From NCBI GenBank assembly GCA_020184695.1, contig JAANOX010000047.1, positions 310,001-374,000 of the forward strand: a DNA stretch of 64,000 bases. The letters are read 5' to 3'. The stretch comes from Histomonas meleagridis 2922-C6/04-290x. Its lineage: Eukaryota; Protista; Parabasalia. The position numbers and the translations under genes are program-made. The notes beneath the pieces are model-generated. The model saw only the letters and a program-made list of their open reading frames with translations, was not told the origin of the DNA and did not search any database. Positions 32,763-43,374 of the stretch are shown here, one piece after another; within the stretch, counting starts at the first letter, position 1, and every line of letters begins with the position of its first letter.

Positions 32763-33978
32763 TAATTAAAGAAGGATACAATCCTGATAAAATCGCAAAA
32801 ATAATTCGAAATGATGAAATAAAAAAACTTCAAGAAATATCATCATAAACAAATTTTAATGTTAACCAAATGATTAAACCATCGCTTTATGAAAGATGTT
32901 CATTTATTAACAAACTCAACGTTACTCTTATTGATTATGCTGTATTTTTTAAATCAATCGAATGTTTTAAATATTTACTCATGAATGGAGCTAATGTGTC
33001 AAATACAGGTAAATATGCGATTGCAGGTGGTAATCTGGAAATAATTTATTTATGCATCTGATAATGGTCATAAAGAAATAGTTAAATTACTTCTTGAACA
33101 AAAAGATATTGATATTAATACTAAAGATATTTATTTGTTTTATTTATAATTTATTTTAATAATTTTATATTTCAAAATAATATTTGGAAGTTATTTAAAA
33201 TATTTAGAACAGCATAAAGCCTCAAAAAACTTAGTCAATATATGAAGTATAACTGTTACTTTAATAAAAATATCTCACTGAATCCATGGAAAACATGTCT
33301 TTTTTTTATATTGTTCTCTACACACATTTATAATTTTTTATTTGCATTTAATCAGATTGTGACAAAAATTAATTATTTTTCTATATGCAAAAACTTTTTA
33401 GAGTTTATACGTAAATCATTTCTCGAATTTGAAGATTTGAGAAATTAATAACTTACCTGTTTTTACGTGAAGATTTCTGTGTTTTGTTATCAGTGCTGAT
33501 AATCAATTTTTTAAATAATTCCCAAAGATTATTTTGAAATATGACATTTGAAATCAAAAAGAGTCATGAGCCAGATTTCACTGTTCCACTTGATTACCTA
33601 TGTGAATTCCGTTTGAAATATGAGATAAAAGATAACAAAAAATAGGCAAGTTTTCACGGCCTTTTTCTCTTTAGTACTCTTCGATCACTGGGAGTTTTGC
33701 TGAAAGATTTGGAGCTATATTTTCAGGATCACCAAAAGATAAAGTATTTCTAATACAAACTCGGCTTATTGTGATGTCAAAACTTACATTCCTGGCGTAT
33801 GTTTCGAGTTTACAGTGGTTAGGTAACCAACGGAGAACGATACGGAGGAAAAGGAATTTACTACTTCCTGGAGGAAATACAATTCTGTAAAAAAATTAAA
33901 CGTTTAAATGTTTAGATAATTTTATATCTGAATTTAATTCAAATTGTGATATAAAATTTTTAGAAAAGGAATTTATGT

Positions 33979-36304
33979 TTAAATCATTTCTATAATTATT
34001 AGATTTGAGAATAATTCAATTATTTCTTTGTGACCATTTGAGGATGCTCGAATAAGTGCTGTATCAAATATTTTAGATAATTTCCAAATATTATTTTGAA
34101 ATATAAAATTATTAAAATAAATATTAAATAATAAAAATAAATATCTTTAGCATTAATATCAATTCCTTCTTGTTCAAGAAGTAATTTGACTATTTCTATA
34201 TGACCTTTTTCAGATGCTAATATAAGTGCTGTATTAAATATTTTAGATAATTTCCAAATATTATTTTGAAATATAAAATTATTAAAATAAATATTAAATA
34301 ATAAAAATAAATATCTTTAGCATTAATATCAATTCCTTCTTGTTAAGAAGTAATTTGGGTATTTCTGTACTACCTTTTAATGATGCCCACATAAGTGCTG
34401 TTTTAAATATTTTAAATAATTTCCAAATATTATTTTGAAATCCAAAATTATTAAAACAAATATTAAATAAAACGAATAAACATCTTTAACATTAATATCA
34501 ATTTTTTCTTGTTCAAGAAGTAATTTAACCATTCCGATGTGATTTTTTTCTGTTTCAAAATATAATACCGATTTAAATATTGAAAATAATTACCTAATAC
34601 AAATTTAAAATATCAATTTATTGTAACTAACATAAAATAAACAAAAACAATGTTTTTATTATTAATGTTTTCTTCTTTTTTAAGAAGTATTTTAAATATT
34701 TCAGTTTGATCATTTCGCGATGCCAATAAAAGTGCGGTATCAAATATAACAATTAAATTCCAAATTTCTGATTTAAACCCAGAAATTATAATGTCAATTT
34801 TTTATAATACATATGAATATCTTTTAATTTAAAGTTAATACCTTCTTGTTCTATAAGAAATTGAACAATTCCTATATAACCTTTTATAGTTGCTATCATT
34901 AATGATGTTCTAAATAATTCAACAAAATTCCAAACATTATTTTAAAATATCAAAACATTAAAACATATTTTAATACAAACAATTAATATTTTTAGCATTA
35001 ATATCAATCCCTTCTTGTTTAATAATATACTGAACAAGTTCAATATTTCCTGATTCTGATGCGAAAACTAAAATGTTTTTCGGAATTTGATTATGCTCAA
35101 GAAAATATTCGACAAGATATAAATTACCTGTTTTCGCTGATACATTAATTAAATATTCATCGAATTTGATTTCTTCTTCTAAAAATGAAAGAATTTCATA
35201 ATTACCAATATTAATGCAATGATAAATTTGTTCTTGGAATTTAATATCAGTTAATGTTTGTGTATTACTAATATAATATCCAAAATTTTTAAATGGAATT
35301 TTGTTTGTAATTACATATGTTAATAAATGTTGTTGATTGTTTTGATCTAGTTTTTCGATTTTGTTTTCATAAAAATATTTAAAGATATCATTTCGATGAA
35401 ATTTAATTGCTATTTCATAAACATCGTCAAATGTCGAATGATTTTGTTCACATAAATAAATAATTTCAAGATTTCCACCTGCAATTGCATATTTACCTGT
35501 GTTTTCGACTTTTGCATTATTCATTAATAAATATTTAAAACATTGAATTGCTCCAAAAAATGCAGCAAAATCAATTAATGTAACATTTTTTTTGTTAATA
35601 AATGAATATCTTTCATAAAGTGATGGTTTAATGGTTTGATTAAAATCGAAATCTTCTTGTGATGATATTTCTTGAAGTTTCTCTATATCATCATTTCGAA
35701 TGATTTTTGATATTTCATTCGGATTAACTCCTTCTTTAACTAATTGCTTATGAAGTTCCCAATCATTTTTTGATAATTTTTCGTAATTATTTTTAAATTC
35801 TTTATTTAATGGATCTTTAGAATCGTTTTTCTTGTTTTCTTCTTCAGTTTTATAATGTGAAAAATAATTGGTATGAAAGTTATTGGTAATATTTATATTA
35901 ATTAATTCGTTTTCAATCATTTTTTCAATGATATAATATGTCTCTTGTGTATTAAATTCTGATATATAATTAGTAAAAATTTCAATAATTTTTGGATTGT
36001 TGTGAAGAATTGATTCTTCTTGTGTTTGAATTTCTTGCAAATAATTTAAATATGTTTGGATTGATTCTCTTTGAGATGAAAATGCTGAATAAATTAAAAC
36101 AATTATACAATAATTAAATGTAAAAGGAAAATCTTTATCAAATAAATTCATTGTTTTTGCAACAGAAATTTCAAAGTTTTTTTCTGTAAGATTAAATATA
36201 ATCTGTTCTAAAGAAATCAACTTTTGCATATATATAGATTGGCTTTTGATTGATGTATTATTTGCTTCATTTTCTGATTCAAGTGTTTGTGTGCTTTCAG
36301 TCAT
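33979..36304 (-). CDS. DUF3447 + ankyrin-repeat gene, locus 3; 24 inserts and two single-base lesions (possibly decaying, or assembly errors)
   Basis: ORF 34970-36304 has DUF3447 and ends in the first insert. Six ANK cores follow to TAA at 33981-33979. The first junction is 1 nt short and the core at 34344/34345 lacks one base. Confidence 0.75.
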
Positions 36305-36394
36305 CGAAATGTAGCTTTTTTGATTTCAAATGAACAATATGTATCGTCATACTGAAAATTTTTTGAAAGTTTTTGAACAGTTTACATTCGTCAA

Positions 36395-36730
36395 ATGCTG
36401 ATTTTTGTTTTGTTTTTCTTCAAAACAAAATCAAATACAAAAAGATCTACAAAATCACAGTGGCTTCATTCAGTTGAAAAAGACAAAAACAGACAAATAT
36501 ATAAATTCTCTCAGGATAAAAATTCTTCAAATTCCACAAAAACATCTGGAATAATGACAAACAAGGCTAATTTAATGCCCACTGTAGTAATTATTGGATC
36601 ACTGTTTCTCGCCTTAATTATTTTTAGCGGGTTTGTTATAATGTATTGTCGAAGACTAAAGGAAATTGAGAAAGAAAGAGATGAAAACGTAAAATCAGAT
36701 AACCCAATACTCATGAGTTTAGTAGCATGA
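36395..36730 (+). CDS. Small putative type I membrane protein
   Basis: 111 aa, hydrophobic N-terminus, internal TM (VVIIGSLFLALIIFSGFVIMYC) followed by a basic/acidic tail. Confidence 0.5.
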   Translation: MLIFVLFFFKTKSNTKRSTKSQWLHSVEKDKNRQIYKFSQDKNSSNSTKTSGIMTNKANLMPTVVIIGSLFLALIIFSGFVIMYCRRLKEIEKERDENVKSDNPILMSLVA

Positions 36731-37467
36731 GCGATTATTTATGTAATAATAAAAATTATTTATCATGAACAAAATATCAAAATTTGGATTTACTTTATTT
36801 AATAACATTTTTAAATCAGTGTCAAATGGGTTTGTGAGTTAATTCTCTTAACCTTGTTTTTCTTCTTCCTCTGATTTGCTTTCTTCTTCAATGATAGCTG
36901 TGTATGAGAGAATAGCTGTGTATGCAATCACATAAACTTTGTACGGCCCTTTTATTTCAAGTTCGCAGCTTTCAAATGGTGACTGAGTGAAACTTTTATA
37001 ATAGAATAATATATACTTTATGCATTTTATGTTAATAACAATATATTTTGAGCACATTCATTTATATTCAGTCTCTTATCCTCTATAAATTAGTTTTTCC
37101 ATATGGGAAAATTCAGTAATCATCCAAATTCATTATTAGAAAGGGTGGTCAAAACATGATAGGGTTCAGATTTCAAAAGAATTTAAGTTCTAAATTTAGT
37201 AAGAATAATTAGTAAGAAAGAAAATTATACAATTAAAATGAATGTGTGAATTAATTTCAGAATCTTAATTTTTTTTAAGTTACGATTAAAAAATTTGAGA
37301 TCATAAGTAAAGTAAAGTCTTTTTACTTGATTAAATGAAGTTCAAAAAAAGTATTTATTTAACTGTAATAAACTTTCTGGCGTTCTGCCATCACCACTTA
37401 CAATCAAATAATCCATTGAAAAAGTTTTGTTTGTCAAATGTTTTCAATTTTATATATAACATAAAAA

Positions 37468-38730
37468 ATGGAAGAAAGACTATCATATGCAAAAGCATTA
37501 GAAGATGCTTGCATCAAAGAAAACGAATTAATTTTTCAATATTTTTTACGTTTAGCTCCTATATTAAATCTTGACGCCAAAGATCATGAAAAGAATTATG
37601 ATATTCTGGATAACTTTCTAGAAATCAAAGAGAAAAGTGCTAAATACAATGAACCAATGATTTGTGGTTATCCGGGCACTATTAAGGATGGCATTTTTAA
37701 CATAGCTGCCATTTTTGCTCAGATCAATATTCAATTTAGTGAAATTTCCAAAACCATACAAAAACAAGTATCTGTTGCCCAAGACAAGATCAAACAAAGT
37801 ATCACTCCCGAACAGGTTTCACGTTTATTTTCTGAAGCTGAAGGTGTGGTTAATAAAAATAATGCAATGATACCAATGATTAAATCATTTTCTGAACCAT
37901 ACGCAGATTTAACCAAGAAAATTGAACGCTCAGTCAGTAAGCTTATCCAAGCCAAGAAACCGAATGCCAAATCATTAGCCAAACTAGCCAAAGAATATTC
38001 CGAAGCACTTGCCAAGCGTCAAGAGTTCTCTAAGAAGCGAAAGATGTTGGTTGATTCCACCCATATATCACAAGAACAATACATCCAAGCTATTACATCA
38101 TATTCCGGATTATTATTTAATCGCGATCATTTCATATTGATCATCTTTGATCAATTATCATTAGCATATGAAGAATTAAAGTCATATTTACAAAAATCTG
38201 CGGATACATTTGGATATTGTGCAAAAGCCATTGATAAAAAAGGAGACTTTCAACGATTCGCAGAGTCAAAACGCATATTTCGCTATAATATTACATGTCC
38301 TGATTTCGAAGAAATTGAATTCGAATTCGATAAGACAAAAGTGTCAAAGGAAATCAAAAATGAGTTCCCCGTTGGCATAGCCGAAGTAATTGAGAACTTT
38401 ATTTGCAGCGGCGAAAATGAAATTAACTGCGTCAAAGGTAAACGGTTGCTTTTGATGGAGTTCCCTGATGATGAATGGTGTTGCGTAATGCATCCATTCA
38501 CTCATGCTATAGGTTATGTTCCAAGTTACTGTGTTAACCCAATTAGTGAGGTATTGGGCGTATGCATTAGAGAACCAAAGCCTGGTGAATATAAAGGTAT
38601 AGTTGTAGGCGTTGGTGATTTTGTGGCTATAATGGAAGACAATCCGAAAGAAAAAATGTATAAAGTGTCAACTGCAAGAGGTGACCAAGGAACTATATCG
38701 AAGGGATTAGTTGCTATAGTTTATAGATAA
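37468..38730 (+). CDS. Coiled-coil (F-BAR-like) protein with C-terminal SH3 domain(s)
   Basis: 420 aa helical region, then IAEVIENF...ENEINCVKG...DEWC...GYVPSYCV (SH3) and a second degenerate SH3. Confidence 0.7.
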   Translation: MEERLSYAKALEDACIKENELIFQYFLRLAPILNLDAKDHEKNYDILDNFLEIKEKSAKYNEPMICGYPGTIKDGIFNIAAIFAQINIQFSEISKTIQKQVSVAQDKIKQSITPEQVSRLFSEAEGVVNKNNAMIPMIKSFSEPYADLTKKIERSVSKLIQAKKPNAKSLAKLAKEYSEALAKRQEFSKKRKMLVDSTHISQEQYIQAITSYSGLLFNRDHFILIIFDQLSLAYEELKSYLQKSADTFGYCAKAIDKKGDFQRFAESKRIFRYNITCPDFEEIEFEFDKTKVSKEIKNEFPVGIAEVIENFICSGENEINCVKGKRLLLMEFPDDEWCCVMHPFTHAIGYVPSYCVNPISEVLGVCIREPKPGEYKGIVVGVGDFVAIMEDNPKEKMYKVSTARGDQGTISKGLVAIVYR

Positions 38731-39258
38731 AATAATTAATTAATGGTGGTAAGTAAACAAGTATAAAAAATAAAATCTTCTGTTAAATAAAAGATTACAT
38801 TAAATTACAACATAATAAATTTGAATGTTGAAACAAAGTGACGTTATAAAGGCAACTTCAGAGCTTTGGTATAAATATTTGCAGATAATGTCGCTTAAAT
38901 ATTTTTCTTAAAAATTTGTTATTAATAACTATATCATTTTAGTTGGTGCTTTCACCATTAATAGTTATTATAGAATTAAAGGATGAAGGTGATTTTTTGT
39001 CAATCAAATTTATTATATATTTAGAAATTTAGAAAATCAGCTTTTAGTAGTGATATTGAAAGAAATTCAAAAATATAATATCTATTAACATGAAATGTTA
39101 TTGAAATCTTTTTATGAATTACAAATAATTAAGCTGATCTTTAGAACCAACAGTGCTAATCAATCATATTAAAATGTTTTCAGAGAAATCAAAAAGAATT
39201 GTGTATGTATAAGAACATTTACTGATTAAATTTACATTAGTCTTGATTTCAAATAACA

Positions 39259-39933
39259 TTACAATGAGCTTGTCGAAAAATGCAAAAGGAATGCTGACGA
39301 AAGTGGCACTGTAATGTTATCTAATCCTAATGGAGTGAAGATCTCGATTACTGTGACAGCAAGTGCAATTAGTAATGTTATAGCAAACGATTTAGCTGAG
39401 TTTGTGTATCCCAAATTATAATAATTTGAAAATAGAATCATCACAATTAAAGAGGTAAAAAACATTGCAACAGATCCAACATAAGATTTCATCCCAAAGA
39501 TTTTCTTTTTCCCAAACTTCATACCGAAAACCGCTGCTAAGCCATCGCCATATCCCATGATTAAAACTGCCATTCCACAAATGTAATTTTGGATAACCCC
39601 TGTGTACGTAAGTATCACCAAAATTGTGAGCGATATTGGGAAATAAATCAGGCCAAGATTTCTGATTCGATCATTCATTTTAAAAACTTTTGTCCAGTTA
39701 AGAAATGTTGCAAGTGAATTAACAATGATAAAAACTATTGGCTCAATTATGGCATATTTAAGAGTTGTTTTATATTTGTTTAAGATGAACCACCAGTTCG
39801 ATACACCAATGTGAATAAACTTCCTAACGAATTCTGGTGATATCCTTTTGGACCTTGATAGAATAAATGCAATTATTAATGTGGATATGAGAAATACCAT
39901 AGAATATATAAGGCCTGCAATGTTTGTCTCCAT
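39259..39933 (-). CDS. Phytol/dolichol kinase-like CTP-dependent integral membrane kinase (SEC59/VTE5 family)
   Basis: RKFIHIG, GYGDGLAAVFG..FGK, KSYVGS and LDNITVP motifs; multi-TM. Confidence 0.85.
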   Translation of the reverse strand: METNIAGLIYSMVFLISTLIIAFILSRSKRISPEFVRKFIHIGVSNWWFILNKYKTTLKYAIIEPIVFIIVNSLATFLNWTKVFKMNDRIRNLGLIYFPISLTILVILTYTGVIQNYICGMAVLIMGYGDGLAAVFGMKFGKKKIFGMKSYVGSVAMFFTSLIVMILFSNYYNLGYTNSAKSFAITLLIALAVTVIEIFTPLGLDNITVPLSSAFLLHFSTSSL

Positions 39934-39964
39934 TTTAAAATAAATTTTTGGTCAATTCCTAATA

Positions 39965-39997
39965 AACGGTTTCCCTTAAATGGTGCAAAAAGCCGTT
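39965..39997. promoter_or_regulatory. Myb-like (T. vaginalis M3-type) core promoter motifs in a 77-bp divergent promoter
   Basis: AACGGTT (39965-39971) and AGCCGTT (39991-39997). The same motif lies shortly upstream of other starts: 364-370, 10971-10977, 44804-44825, 59910-59936. The match to the known M3 element is by resemblance. Confidence 0.5.
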
Positions 39998-40010
39998 AAA
40001 AAAATTCCTA

Positions 40011-41666
40011 ATGTTCAAAACAACAAATTTCCTGCCAAAAACAGAAGCTATTCGGAAGCAAATTCGTATCCCATATGCAATTACATTGACTCCAACTTCT
40101 GGTGATAGTCCTCAAAGAATATCTTGTAAGGAAAGTGATTTAATTTCATGTTCAAGATGCCATTCATTTTTTTCTAATTTTTCACAAATAGAATCAAATA
40201 AATGGAAATGCCAATTTTGTGGAACTGAAAATTTAATAAAACATTCAGAAAACTTTGTTCAAGCGCAACAAAATGATTTTGAAATAATTTTGGAATCAAG
40301 AAATGATTCAGATCAAGCCTTTATTATTTACATTTCTCTTGGCTTTAATTCATCTGATATTACAAAAGCCAAATTATTTGCCATTTCATTATTAAGACAT
40401 CTTCCTGAAAATTCAAAATGTTTTGTTATTATTGGCTCAGACGAATTTCCACTTTCATTACTTACACCACCACAAATGGATCAATCTGAAATTCATGAAA
40501 ATGTACTTAATTGTCTTCTTCAAGCATCAATTACAAACTTTCCTTCGGTAGAATCACTTATTGGGCTTGATCTTTCACATTTCTATTTCACATCCAAAAA
40601 TTCAGCCTCAGCTGAAAGAACAATAGATAATTTAATTCCATCAAAAGATTCGGATCCTCACAAGAAGTGTGCTGTACTAGCGCAAATGTTCTCTTCTTTT
40701 TTATCAAATGCTTCAATCCGCTTTTTTTCAATCGTTAATGAAATTACTCGAAAGACAATTGATCTTGAACCAATCAGGATATCACCAATCCGCTTCGATT
40801 TTATAGTCAACAAAGTAAATCAATATGCAATCAAGTTTGCATCTGAACTACCCGGGTCATTAATTGAATTATCTGAAGAAAATATTTCACTTCAAGCAAT
40901 TCATTTCCTAGGTCAAGAGTGCAAATTCCAGATGGTTCTCAAGTACAAATCCAAGGGTGCGCGTCTTACATGGCTTAAGCCAATGCGACCATTTATTGAT
41001 TCAAACTCGCAAACGGTTTTTCTTCCTGTTTGTATAACAAAATCTTATCCTTTTGTATTTGAAATCACGCCAGAATTCACGCGTTCTGATTCTTCCTATT
41101 TTCAATTTGTCTCTAAGTATATTCGGTATACGGGAAATATTTCCGAACTAATAATGCGTGTTCAATCAATCAGTATACCAACCACGGAAAACATCACAGA
41201 TATTATTAACTCGATACAATGGAATGACATATTATTATTTTGGGCTCGTAAAGTTGTTGGAAAGACGACGCGAGAAGTTATGCCAAGTCTTGTTCGAACT
41301 GCAGCGCTTCTTGAAAATCAAATCGGCGCAAAACCAAACGAAGAGTTAAGGAAAGCAGTTTGTTCATTCGAAGCAATGAAAGCGCTCAATGAGAAAAAAG
41401 AAGATTCGTTTAGATATATAGATTTAATATGCAACTCATCACCAAATATGTTATCTATGATACCGAAAATACAGTCCGGGATGTGTGAATCGTTCAACGG
41501 AGTGTACGAAGAAAGAAATCCAAAGGAAAAAGGACCTTCAAAGGAGGCAAGAAAAAGACAGATGCAAATGGAAGTATTTTTGCCAGTCGGTGATAAAATA
41601 CCAAACGAGTTCAAAACATTATTGCCAATCTATGAAAAAGTTTTCGTAGAAATGGCCAAAAAATAA
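40011..41666 (+). CDS. Divergent Sec23/Sec24-like protein
   Basis: PYAITLTP, CSRC...WKCQFCG zinc finger, followed by trunk-like and beta-sandwich-like segments. Confidence 0.7.
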   Translation: MFKTTNFLPKTEAIRKQIRIPYAITLTPTSGDSPQRISCKESDLISCSRCHSFFSNFSQIESNKWKCQFCGTENLIKHSENFVQAQQNDFEIILESRNDSDQAFIIYISLGFNSSDITKAKLFAISLLRHLPENSKCFVIIGSDEFPLSLLTPPQMDQSEIHENVLNCLLQASITNFPSVESLIGLDLSHFYFTSKNSASAERTIDNLIPSKDSDPHKKCAVLAQMFSSFLSNASIRFFSIVNEITRKTIDLEPIRISPIRFDFIVNKVNQYAIKFASELPGSLIELSEENISLQAIHFLGQECKFQMVLKYKSKGARLTWLKPMRPFIDSNSQTVFLPVCITKSYPFVFEITPEFTRSDSSYFQFVSKYIRYTGNISELIMRVQSISIPTTENITDIINSIQWNDILLFWARKVVGKTTREVMPSLVRTAALLENQIGAKPNEELRKAVCSFEAMKALNEKKEDSFRYIDLICNSSPNMLSMIPKIQSGMCESFNGVYEERNPKEKGPSKEARKRQMQMEVFLPVGDKIPNEFKTLLPIYEKVFVEMAKK

Positions 41667-41676
41667 TTGTAAAATA

Positions 41677-42066
41677 CTATTCAATCAATTCCATTAATTT
41701 CTTGTTTTGAAGATAAAGTTCTCCAATAAGTGCATATGCTTTCTCAAGCTTGTCACGATCAGAGTTATCGGTAAGCATTGACTGAGAATTTGAACTATTG
41801 TTTGAAATGAGAATTTGATTATTTAATTTGTTAATTTCTTCATGATATTTCTGCTTGGTGTATTTCAGATCACGGATGATGGCCTTTTTATGCTTAGTGT
41901 TTTTTCTTTCTTCTTTAAGAAGTATTGAAATATCTTCATTAAATCTTTTTTGACTTTCAAGTTCTTTTTTTAATTCGTTGTTTTCACGCTTAAGTTTTTC
42001 GTTTTCTATTACAAGTTTTGAGTATTCGAATTCTTCGATTGGATTTGTTTGACTAAGTGTTGACAT
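41677..42066 (-). CDS. Small coiled-coil hypothetical protein
   Basis: 129-aa ORF with heptad-like E/K/L composition, convergent with the Sec23-like gene. Confidence 0.6.
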   Translation of the reverse strand: MSTLSQTNPIEEFEYSKLVIENEKLKRENNELKKELESQKRFNEDISILLKEERKNTKHKKAIIRDLKYTKQKYHEEINKLNNQILISNNSSNSQSMLTDNSDRDKLEKAYALIGELYLQNKKLMELIE

Positions 42067-42141
42067 TTTTTTAAATCAAAATTGAATTAAATTTAATCGT
42101 ATAATAACAAAATTTTTCAACAGTTTACTTTTATCATGACA

Positions 42142-42744
42142 TCATACAAACTTTATGATGTTTGCTTTTTCTTTGTTTTGTTGGTGTTTGAGCTCTTTCT
42201 GAACAATAATATTTTTTGCGTATTCTCTTATCTTTCTTACGAGAATGATATATGCTTCTTTAACATTCTGGAAATTTTTGATAGAAATTTCAATAAAATC
42301 AGCGCCAAACTTTTGAGCAAGTTTTTCACCTTCTTCAGTGCTTACACATCTTGTTTCTTCGAGATCAATTTTGTTTCCAATAACAATTATTGGTACATCA
42401 TAACCATAATATTCGCGTATTGATTGGCATCGTTTTTCAACAGTTTTGAATGTTTCAAGGTCTTCGATTGAATATATTATCATGATGCCCGAATATCCAT
42501 ATTCAAAAGGAAATAAAGTCCAAGCAATCTCTCCATCTTTTTTTCTAATATCGCGTGAATAGTCAACCACAATAGGGTGAGTAACTCCGTCAACTTCAAG
42601 GCTAAAATGGACTTCTAATTCTGTCTCACGTGGGGCACTCAAGCACAAGCCATGACAACCCAAAGCATGTTTGAGTGATCTTTTTCCAGTAAAATCAGAC
42701 CCCAAAATTATTATATTGTGCACAATAAGATCCAAGCTATTCAT
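42142..42744 (-). CDS. Divergent Ras-superfamily small GTPase
   Basis: G1 GSDFTGKRS, G4 NKIDL, G5 EISIK. G3 DxxG is absent (DYSRD) and there is no CaaX. Confidence 0.8.
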   Translation of the reverse strand: MNSLDLIVHNIIILGSDFTGKRSLKHALGCHGLCLSAPRETELEVHFSLEVDGVTHPIVVDYSRDIRKKDGEIAWTLFPFEYGYSGIMIIYSIEDLETFKTVEKRCQSIREYYGYDVPIIVIGNKIDLEETRCVSTEEGEKLAQKFGADFIEISIKNFQNVKEAYIILVRKIREYAKNIIVQKELKHQQNKEKANIIKFV

Positions 42745-42745
42745 C

Positions 42746-43165
42746 CCAACCCTATCGACAACCGTATTTTGATAGATGATAAACGGTCCCCATTCAAAAA
42801 GTCGAGTGTACAGAGGAATAATAAAAACATTTTCCTGTTGGTACTTAGGGTTGGCCCACGGTTAATCGATTAATTTTTGATACGAGTCACTTTTTTATCG
42901 ATAAAAATCGGTTAATAACGGTTTGAATCTCGATTAAATCGATAAACTCGATAAAAGCCACTTTTTTATTGAAAAAATCGATTTTTTATCGAAAATTCCT
43001 GGATTGAATGAGAAGACGTTATTGGATAAAGATCCCCCCTAGTTTTCATGTTAGAAGACTAAGTCAATAGGAATGATTATATAAAAACGAACGAAATTTC
43101 GTACGAAATTTTTGAATGGTTTTTAACCGACCAAAACCGTTTATTTATCGATTTTTATCAACCAA
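42746..43165. other. Palindrome-dense divergent intergenic segment
   Basis: Perfect palindromes TTTTTATCGATAAAAA (42892-42907), AAAAAATCGATTTTTT (42972-42987) and AAATTTCGTACGAAATTT (43094-43111); inverted repeat CCAACCCTA/TAGGGTTGG (42746-42754/42846-42854). Confidence 0.6.
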
Positions 43166-43374
43166 AACCTGTTGGCCAATGGGTGCTTTTTGATGTCCAG
43201 GACTGTAACCAAAATGAAGTTTGCTATTTGCTTTGAAGTCCTTAAATGGTTTTATCATTAGAAAGCATTTTCAAAAATTTTCAAAAAAAGAGAAAAATTG
43301 ATCAGATCGAGAGCTCAAAACTCAGCATTTAAAATTGCCTGATCCCCTAGCTGAGGGTTTTTTGCAAATGTAAA

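Larger units (their letters stand above)
31064..33217 (+). pseudogene. DUF3447-ankyrin locus 4: mariner-disrupted, internally deleted pseudogene retaining one 4x17-nt junction
   Basis: 31064-31489 is the N-terminal part. The frame resumes after the element (LIKEGYNPDKIAKIIRNDE) with TAA at 32846. DUF3447 (IYLC) is fused out of frame to an ANK core (ASDNGHKEIVKLLLEQ) at about 33054. Junction 33126-33208 gives DIYG-RTA, then TAA at 33215. Confidence 0.85.

Noticed and set aside
33640-33890. GC-richer block with a ~70-codon minus-strand open frame between loci 4 and 3
   Set aside because: No start codon, no recognisable motif and no RNA-gene signature; left unexplained.
36848-37057. 69-aa ORF with a 13-nt direct repeat (atagctgtgtatg) and an acidic tail
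   Set aside because: Too short and without family support.
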